A stretch of 32,000 nucleotides of DNA from positions 1 through 32,000 of the forward strand of contig NZ_BCZP01000031.1 of assembly GCF_001598795.1 (NCBI RefSeq). The letters run 5' to 3'. Below, in pieces: positions 1 to 6,637 of the stretch (its first letter is position 1; each line of letters opens with the position of its first letter). The translations under genes were made by a program, and so were the position numbers. The stretch is from Delftia acidovorans NBRC 14950 (GTDB lineage: Bacteria > Pseudomonadota > Gammaproteobacteria > Burkholderiales > Burkholderiaceae_C). Below the pieces are notes generated by a model that was not told the DNA's origin, ran no database searches, and saw only the letters and a program-made list of their open reading frames with translations.

Positions 1-1
1 C

Positions 2-259
2 AAGCGGTTTCTGCAGGCCAGGGGAGACGGCGGCCAGCGGCTGTGGCTGCGCTTTTACGACCCGCGCGTGCTGCCTCGCCTGCTGGCGCAGTTCGACCCG
101 GCGCATCTGGGGGACTGGTTCCACGGCCACAGCATCCTCGCCTGCCTGGCACCGCATCCCGAGGGGATCTGGGTCGGCTTGGCGCAGCGCAAGTTTCTGG
201 ACCACGTCACAGGCCTGGCGCGCCTGGACAACAGGCAATGGGAGGTGTCTTCGCCATGA
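2..259 (+). CDS. DUF4123-type T6SS effector adaptor/chaperone, C-terminal fragment (5' end lies off-window)
   Basis: Frame 2 is open from the window edge to TGA at 257-259. The translation ...QRLWLRFYDPRVLPRLLAQFDPAHLGDWFHGHSILACL... carries the RFYDPRVL signature I associate with DUF4123. Codons mostly end in G/C, like the host. The stop overlaps the next start (ATGA at 256-259). Confidence 0.7.
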   Translation, partial: KRFLQARGDGGQRLWLRFYDPRVLPRLLAQFDPAHLGDWFHGHSILACLAPHPEGIWVGLAQRKFLDHVTGLARLDNRQWEVSSP

Positions 260-660
260 TGGAAATTTCAACCCTGGAAATGCAGCGCACGCTGCGCCGC
301 AACCTGGTGCCCAGCGAGGGAGGGATTGCCGCCATCGTGCGGCAGACCTGCCATCTCAGCGAGCAGGATTGGCCGCATGACAGGCTGCTGGCCCATACCC
401 GGCGAGGCCTTGACCGCGCGGTGGGCTGGGGCCTGTCGACGCCGGACGATGTCATCGGCTTCCTGGCCTTGCGCCACCAGTTTGGCGAGCGCTTCGACGA
501 GTTTCCCGCCGTGTGCAAGTTTCTCTCGCGCACCGACCTGCCGTCTGACGGACGCATCCAGCTGATGATGCTTGAACTGCCGATGGGCATCTGGGACGTG
601 GTGCGGCGGCGCACGCCTGCGGGCGAGTCCTCCTCGCCCCTGGGGGGCCCGGGTGCATGA
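256..660 (+). CDS. Hypothetical 134-aa protein between adaptor and toxin (candidate co-chaperone, or detached C-terminal part of the adaptor)
   Basis: ATG at 256 is preceded by the SD-like GGGAGG at 240-245. ATGA overlaps occur at both ends (256-259 and 657-660). The amino-acid composition is balanced, unlike the Arg/Pro/Ala-rich shadow ORFs. I recognise no family. Confidence 0.55.
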   Translation: MMEISTLEMQRTLRRNLVPSEGGIAAIVRQTCHLSEQDWPHDRLLAHTRRGLDRAVGWGLSTPDDVIGFLALRHQFGERFDEFPAVCKFLSRTDLPSDGRIQLMMLELPMGIWDVVRRRTPAGESSSPLGGPGA

Positions 661-1412
661 GCTGCGAGCAACTGGTCCCCGCCTTCATTGCCCTCAATCG
701 CCTGAAGCGGTCCAGGGACCTGTGCAAGGCCGTCGTGCTTGTGGGCTTCAACAAGGTATGCGGCACCCGGGACTTCGACAATGAACTGGACCGCAGGGCG
801 CTGTGCGAGCTGTTTTGCTGCTGCATGACCGGCGGCCTGGGCCAGCGCTGCGTGGCCGGCGTGGTCATGCAGGCCGACGGGTTTGAAGGTTACCGGGGCT
901 ACTACAAGCAGGAAGTGCCGTACCTGAACAAGGCCCCCGTCATGTCGCGCAGGGAGCCCGTACGACCCACGCGCAGCCGGCCTGCGGGCTCGCGCATTCC
1001 CGATGTGGTCGTGGTGAAGAACCCGCGCCTGCCGCCTGTGCTGGACAACGTGCAGCGGGTCTATGAGATGAAGTTTCCGGGAGATGGCTTTTCCAGTGTT
1101 GAAGGGCCAGATGGCATGAATCAGTTTCAGGCATATAGAGATATTTTTGAAGACAAGTTCCTCGAGGAAGCCTTGGACGCCGGAAGCTGTGCGTGCGACT
1201 GGGATGGCGAAAACGCAAACGAAAGTGTGCTGAACCAGGCAACGCGATGGCAGGCCAACAGGGAAAAGGCCATCTCTTTGTCCGAGCGGGTGAATAAGGA
1301 TACGGCGGCGGCGGTCGGGGCTGCGGCTGGTGCGACTGCGCTGGGGCGGGCACTCAGAGGTGTAGGTGCGGTGGGGAGCGCACTCGCAAGAGTCCTCGGA
1401 TTGGCCTTTTGA
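657..1412 (+). CDS. Putative T6SS cargo effector, PD-(D/E)xK / VRR-Nuc-like nuclease toxin (251 aa)
   Basis: The sequence reads ...SRIPDVVVVKNPRLPPVLDNVQRVYEMKFPGDGFSSVEGPDGMNQFQAY..., i.e. PD (999-1004), 20 residues, then E-M-K (1065-1073), then FPGD...Q. This is the restriction-endonuclease-fold catalytic pattern as in VRR-Nuc. The gene sits directly after a DUF4123 adaptor and directly before immunity-type genes. Its start overlaps the upstream stop (ATGA). Confidence 0.65.
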   Translation: MSCEQLVPAFIALNRLKRSRDLCKAVVLVGFNKVCGTRDFDNELDRRALCELFCCCMTGGLGQRCVAGVVMQADGFEGYRGYYKQEVPYLNKAPVMSRREPVRPTRSRPAGSRIPDVVVVKNPRLPPVLDNVQRVYEMKFPGDGFSSVEGPDGMNQFQAYRDIFEDKFLEEALDAGSCACDWDGENANESVLNQATRWQANREKAISLSERVNKDTAAAVGAAAGATALGRALRGVGAVGSALARVLGLAF

Positions 1413-1444
1413 AGCGATGGTTTAGGTACAGCGAAATATGGAGG

Positions 1445-2539
1445 ATGGATATGGCAAAAGACTTCAACAAACCTTTGAGCACCAGAGAACTACAAAAAGC
1501 CACCGTGGCGACGATGGATATTCTCAAGGCTCTGGTATTGCGGAATCGATTTGGACGCGTTTGCGCACGTGCAGGGTGGACCATTGAAATGGTTTTCCAT
1601 AACGGAGATTCATTGGCTGTGCGTGAGCGTGCATGGGAAGTGGTCAATATTTTCTGTGAGGCTGTAGGGACGGAGAAGCTGGTTTATTGGTACGACGGAA
1701 TGCCAGCCATGCTGACCAGTGCGATGGCGCAAAATAAGCTGTCTGCGAAGAAGCAGAAAAGTCTGGATAACCCAAAAGGTTATGCTCTGATCTTTCATAT
1801 GGCCTCGGGTACGCCAAAGCCCCCTGAAGTGTGGGAAAACAATGCACAAGACTTTCGTCTTTACTGTCGTATCAGCAACGACGAAGGGATTTGGATGAAG
1901 GATCGCTATCAATCCCCTGGCATAGGCCCTGCCATGTCTTTCATTCGCATGGCATTTCCTATCTGGTGGATTCTGGATCAACCGCCCGAGCGCAATGTGG
2001 GCAGCCTCACCACCCAGCTAGTGGAGTTGATGCAGCCCTTCTGGGCTATTGCAGGCTGGGGCATTATGCCTGCAGTGGAAGAACGAAATATCGGACCCGA
2101 TGGCAAGGGCCAGCAAGTGCTATATCCCTATCTTCAGAGGTTTCCAGGCTTGAATGCTTTAGGGAGCCACGCCTTGCAGAGTCATGACTTCAACAACGCC
2201 ATGTACAGCGTCAACTGGCTGAGTTTTGTCAGCGATGCATTGCTGGAAAAACTGGGCGGGCGAGAGGCCGTGCGAAAGCAGGTGCAGGCCAGCCAGTATC
2301 TATCTGCCGGGGATGTGGGCAACTGCCTGGGAATTCGTGCAGGAGACTTTCCGGGGCTGGGGGATATGGACCAGGGGCTGACGTTGCCCGCCTTTGGCGA
2401 GGCAGCGCGCCTGCTCAAGCCTGTCCGTGCCAGATCCCGCCTCAACAGCTTCATCGGACCGCCGCCTTCTGGCTCCAATGATGAGCATGCATGGCTGCTG
2501 GCGTGCGATGCCTATATGAGTCGGTTTGATTTGTTCTGA
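1445..2539 (+). CDS. Putative T6SS immunity protein, copy 1 (DUF3396/TsiV-like by size and context; ~364 aa)
   Basis: The long ORF has AT-ending codon usage foreign to the rest of the window. GGAGG lies just upstream of the ATG pair at 1445/1451; the ORF track's TTG at 1409 is less likely. It lies immediately downstream of the nuclease toxin and has a paralogue in the next gene. Confidence 0.8.
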   Translation: MDMAKDFNKPLSTRELQKATVATMDILKALVLRNRFGRVCARAGWTIEMVFHNGDSLAVRERAWEVVNIFCEAVGTEKLVYWYDGMPAMLTSAMAQNKLSAKKQKSLDNPKGYALIFHMASGTPKPPEVWENNAQDFRLYCRISNDEGIWMKDRYQSPGIGPAMSFIRMAFPIWWILDQPPERNVGSLTTQLVELMQPFWAIAGWGIMPAVEERNIGPDGKGQQVLYPYLQRFPGLNALGSHALQSHDFNNAMYSVNWLSFVSDALLEKLGGREAVRKQVQASQYLSAGDVGNCLGIRAGDFPGLGDMDQGLTLPAFGEAARLLKPVRARSRLNSFIGPPPSGSNDEHAWLLACDAYMSRFDLF

Positions 2540-2573
2540 TTTCCGGGGATTATTAAGGAGTGGAGGAGCGGCA

Positions 2574-3668
2574 ATGGATGCAAGACATGACTTCGACTGG
2601 CCATCAGTCAATGAAAAATCGGGCACCAACATGGTGGAAACACTGGATATTCTCAAGGGGCTGGCGTTGCAGGATAGATTTGGATGTATTTGCGCACGAG
2701 CAGGCTGGACCATTGAAATGGTATTTCATGAAGGAGATTCTCTGGCTGTGCGTGAGCGTGCATGGAAGGTGGTTGATCTCTTTTGTGAGGCTGTCGGTAA
2801 AGAGAAGCTGGTTTACTGGCATGATGGTATGCCGGCTAGATTAATCAGTAGTGCGGCGCAGAAGAAACTGACCACGAAGAAGCAAAAGAGCCTGGATAAT
2901 CCTAAAGGTTATGCAATGATGTTTCACCTGGCCTCTGGCTCGCCAAAGCCGCCGGAAGCGTGGACGGATAATGCACAAAACTTTCGTCTTCGCTGTTGCA
3001 TCGCTAACGAAGAGTTCACATGGCTACATGACCGGCACACCTCCCCTGGAATAGGTCCTTCCATGTCTTTCATTCGCATGGCATTTCCCGCGTGGTGGAT
3101 CATCAACCAGCCGCCAGAAAGCAATGTGGGTCGCATTACCTCTCAGGTGGTGGAATTGATGAAACCCTTCTGGGCCATTGCAGGGTGGGGAGTCATGTCA
3201 ACGGTTGAAGAACGAAATATCGGACCTATTAGCCAAGGGCAGCAAGTACTCTATCCCTATTTGCAGCGGTTTCCTGGATTGAATGCCTTGGGCAGCCTTG
3301 CGTTGATAAGCCATGACTTCAACAACGCCATGTACAGTATCAATTGGCTCAGTTTTGTCAGTGATGCCTTGCTGGAAAAACTGGGCGGACGGGAGGCAGT
3401 GCGTAAGCAGGTTGAGGCCAGCCAATACCTTTCTGCCGGAGATGTGGGCAACTGCCTGGGAATTCGTGCAGGAGATTTTCCGGGGCTGGGGGACATGGAT
3501 AAGGGACTGACACTGCCGGCCTTTGGCGAGGCGGCGCGTCTGCTCAAGCCTGTCCGTGCCAAATCCCGGCTCAATGACTTTATCGGTGCCCCGCCATCAG
3601 GATCCAACGACGAAGACGCGTGGCAATTGGCATGCGACGCCTATATGCGTCGTTTTGATGAGTTCTGA
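2574..3668 (+). CDS. Putative T6SS immunity protein, copy 2 (paralogue of 1445-2539; 364 aa)
   Basis: ATG at 2574 is preceded by AAGGAGTGGAGGAG; the track's TTG at 2526 is less likely. It is collinear with copy 1 at a constant +1129 nt offset. The last 143 residues differ from copy 1 at 12 positions by my hand count. Confidence 0.8.
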   Translation: MDARHDFDWPSVNEKSGTNMVETLDILKGLALQDRFGCICARAGWTIEMVFHEGDSLAVRERAWKVVDLFCEAVGKEKLVYWHDGMPARLISSAAQKKLTTKKQKSLDNPKGYAMMFHLASGSPKPPEAWTDNAQNFRLRCCIANEEFTWLHDRHTSPGIGPSMSFIRMAFPAWWIINQPPESNVGRITSQVVELMKPFWAIAGWGVMSTVEERNIGPISQGQQVLYPYLQRFPGLNALGSLALISHDFNNAMYSINWLSFVSDALLEKLGGREAVRKQVEASQYLSAGDVGNCLGIRAGDFPGLGDMDKGLTLPAFGEAARLLKPVRAKSRLNDFIGAPPSGSNDEDAWQLACDAYMRRFDEF

Positions 3669-4202
3669 ATGGAAAGCACCATGAAGCCACAGCCCACCGC
3701 CCCGTTGATGGATGCCGTGTTGCGCACGCTGGGACGGCATAGCCGGCAGGATTACCTGCGCCTGGCTCTGCGCCAGGCGGGATTGAGCGATGCGCAGCTG
3801 CTGAAGATCGATCACGCCCCGCCTTACCCGGTGACATGGGCGGAGAGGGGGCTGGACCTGGTCCTTCAACGCCTGGCCTGGGGCGACATGCCAGGCGCTC
3901 CGACATGGGGCGTGCACAGCGTGACCCTGGATGCGCAGCGCTGGAAGGGGTCCTGGCCCATGGGCCTGGATCCGGAGACCGTGACCGCGCAGGAATTCGT
4001 CAGCCTGCTGGCCCAGGACCAGTCCGAGGCGCTGTGCCTGCCCCAGATGGCCTGCTGCACGACCCGCGGTTTCGACGAGCAGACATGGGCACTGGTGGCA
4101 GTCTTTGGCGGCGCCAGCGGCGCTTTGCAGAATTTGACGATGAGCCGGGTCGGGGAATGGGTGGGGCTTTCCATGCTTCCGGCCTGGCAGGGAGCCGGGT
4201 AG
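3669..4202 (+). CDS. Hypothetical 177-aa protein abutting the immunity pair (possible orphan immunity/accessory gene)
   Basis: The ATG follows the upstream TGA with no gap (ttcTGAATGgaa). GC3-rich host-like codon usage returns abruptly here. Composition is balanced, in contrast to the overlapping Arg/Pro-rich minus-strand ORFs. I recognise no family. Confidence 0.5.
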   Translation: MESTMKPQPTAPLMDAVLRTLGRHSRQDYLRLALRQAGLSDAQLLKIDHAPPYPVTWAERGLDLVLQRLAWGDMPGAPTWGVHSVTLDAQRWKGSWPMGLDPETVTAQEFVSLLAQDQSEALCLPQMACCTTRGFDEQTWALVAVFGGASGALQNLTMSRVGEWVGLSMLPAWQGAG

Positions 4203-4351
4203 CGGGTGGGCCATGTGGGCGATAGGGCCCCGTGGGCGCCAGTTCCGACCGGGCGCCACGGGCATGGCGGCGCGGCTACACTGCGGGCCATTCATTCGAG
4301 GGGCTGGCCGTGGCCGGTTCCTTCCCCCTGTTTTCCCTAGAGATTTCCGCC

Positions 4352-5176
<825 letters not shown>

Positions 5177-5209
5177 GCGCCCGCGCCACAGGCTTTGGAT
5201 GCACGGGCC

Positions 5210-5524
5210 ATGAGACATATCGGTGAACGCATACGCGCCCGCCGCGCCGAACTGGGCATGACCCAGGGCCGGCTGGCCGAGGCCGCAGGCATCACGGCCT
5301 CGGCCGTGTCGCAGATCGAATCGGGGGCCATCCGCACCCTCAAGAACGACACCCTGGCCCGCGTGGCCCTTGCGCTGCAGACCACGGCGCTGGAGCTGAC
5401 GGCCGGGCTGGAAGACGACAACGCGCCGCTGCCCGTGGACGAGCAGCGCCTGCTGGAAAGCTACCGCGCCCTGCCTGCACCGCTGCAGGAGATCGCGCAC
5501 AAGCTCATAAAAGCCTTGCGCTGA
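5210..5524 (+). CDS. XRE-family helix-turn-helix transcriptional regulator
   Basis: MRHIGERIRARRAELGMTQGRLAEAAGITASAVSQIESG... is a classical Cro/C1 HTH. ATG at 5210 is preferred to the TTG at 5195. Confidence 0.85.
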   Translation: MRHIGERIRARRAELGMTQGRLAEAAGITASAVSQIESGAIRTLKNDTLARVALALQTTALELTAGLEDDNAPLPVDEQRLLESYRALPAPLQEIAHKLIKALR

Positions 5525-5996
5525 TCAGCGCATTGAGGCGCTGCAAGGCGTGTGCCACGGTGGCCTGGCGCACGGCGGCGCGGTCGCCGTCAAAGCGCAG
5601 GCATTCGCTGTGCGTGGTGCCGTACACGTTCCAGCCGAACCAGACCGTGCCCACGGGCTTGGCGGCGCTGCCGCCGCCCGGCCCGGCCACGCCTGTCACG
5701 GCCACGCTGCACTGCGCGCGTGAGTGGGCGACGGCGCCTTCGGCCATGGCGCGCGCCACGGGCTCGCTCACGGCGCCGTGTTCGGCGATCAGCGCCTCGG
5801 GCACGCCCAGCAGGTCGTGCTTGGCCGCGTTGGAGTAGCTGACAAGGCCGCGCTCGAACCATTCGCTGGAGCCGGCGCGGTCCGTGCAGGCCGCAGCGAT
5901 CATGCCGCCCGTGCAGCTCTCGGCCGTGGCCAGCATCCAGCTGCGCTGCAGCAGCAGGCCTGCCAGGGTTTCGACGAGTTCGTTGGATGCGCTCAT
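5505..5996 (-). CDS. pncC: CinA-family C-terminal domain protein (nicotinamide-nucleotide amidohydrolase PncC-like)
   Basis: ...MLATAESCTGGMIAAACTDRAGSS..F.RG.V.YSN.AK...LGV........GAVS..VA.AMA.GA... is the CinA C-terminal signature. GGAG lies upstream of the ATG at 5996. The gene starts 10 bp downstream of pgpA. Confidence 0.9.
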   Translation of the reverse strand: MSASNELVETLAGLLLQRSWMLATAESCTGGMIAAACTDRAGSSEWFERGLVSYSNAAKHDLLGVPEALIAEHGAVSEPVARAMAEGAVAHSRAQCSVAVTGVAGPGGGSAAKPVGTVWFGWNVYGTTHSECLRFDGDRAAVRQATVAHALQRLNALISARLL

Positions 5997-6006
5997 GCCA
6001 GCTCCT

Positions 6007-6606
6007 TCAGCCAATGAAATGGCGCCACAGGGCGATGACCAGCAGCGTGCAGAAGGCGGCCACCAGATCATCGAACATGATCCCCCAGCCGCCGCGCCAG
6101 CCGAAGCCCTTGAAGCACCGGTCCGCCCATTTGACGGGCTGGGGCTTGGCGGCGTCGAAGAAGCGGAACAGCGCGAAGGCGATGAGCTGGCCCCAGAAGC
6201 CCGTGGGCATGACCAGCCACAGCACCAGCCAGAAGGCCACGATCTCGTCCCAGACCAGGTTGCCCGGGTCGGCCACGCGCATGTGGCGCGCCGTGACCGT
6301 GCAGGCCCACCAGCCCAGGGGAATGCTGCCCGCGATCAGCAGGCCGATTTGCTGGGACGTGAACCAGTGCTGCAGCAGCAGGAAGGACAGCCAGGCCCAC
6401 AGCGTGCCCACGGTGCCGGGCGCGATGCGCCCCAGCCCCGAGCCCAGCCCCATGGCGATGAAGTGGGCCGGGTGGGACATCATGAATTCCAGCGTGGGGC
6501 GAGCCATGCCGCCCTGCGGCGGGCCTTCCGGTGGGCGCGCCGCAGAGGCAAAGGTGGGGGTAGCAGGATCGCCGGAAACTTCCGGCCGCAGCGGCGCGTC
6601 ACTCAT
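6007..6606 (-). CDS. pgpA: Phosphatidylglycerophosphatase A
   Basis: ...HPAHFIAMGLGSGLGRIAPGTVGTLWAWL...VVWDEIVAFWLVL...FRFFDAAKP.P...D matches my memory of the PgpA pattern. The start is uncertain: 6606 is the longest option, and the internal ATG at 6507 would give an E. coli-like length. Confidence 0.85.
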   Translation of the reverse strand: MSDAPLRPEVSGDPATPTFASAARPPEGPPQGGMARPTLEFMMSHPAHFIAMGLGSGLGRIAPGTVGTLWAWLSFLLLQHWFTSQQIGLLIAGSIPLGWWACTVTARHMRVADPGNLVWDEIVAFWLVLWLVMPTGFWGQLIAFALFRFFDAAKPQPVKWADRCFKGFGWRGGWGIMFDDLVAAFCTLLVIALWRHFIG

Positions 6607-6637
6607 GGGGCCAGATCATAAGCGCGGCCCTGGTGCT

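Larger units (their letters stand above)
1445..3668 (+). repeat. Tandem duplication of an immunity-gene unit, period 1129 bp
   Basis: Landmarks give the same offset. gcagg(g/c)tggaccattgaaatggt occurs at 1571 and 2700. gacttcaacaacgccatgtacag occurs at 2186 and 3315. Both pairs are 1129 nt apart, so there is no indel between them. Confidence 0.9.

Noticed and set aside
43-255. N-terminal extension of the 43-660 ORF, which would make a 205-aa protein overlapping the adaptor gene.
   Set aside because: The extension translates to Ala/Arg/Pro/Gly-rich low-complexity sequence. It overlaps the frame that carries the DUF4123 RFYDPRVL motif. An SD-like GGGAGG precedes the internal ATG at 256. A frameshift-fusion scenario remains possible and is listed as a finding.
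1060-3668. The low-GC island as an insertion sequence, integron cassette or prophage remnant.
   Set aside because: There is no transposase, integrase, attC-like site, terminal inverted repeats or direct-repeat target duplication at the boundaries. The left boundary lies inside an intact ORF. This fits homologous-recombination cassette exchange better.
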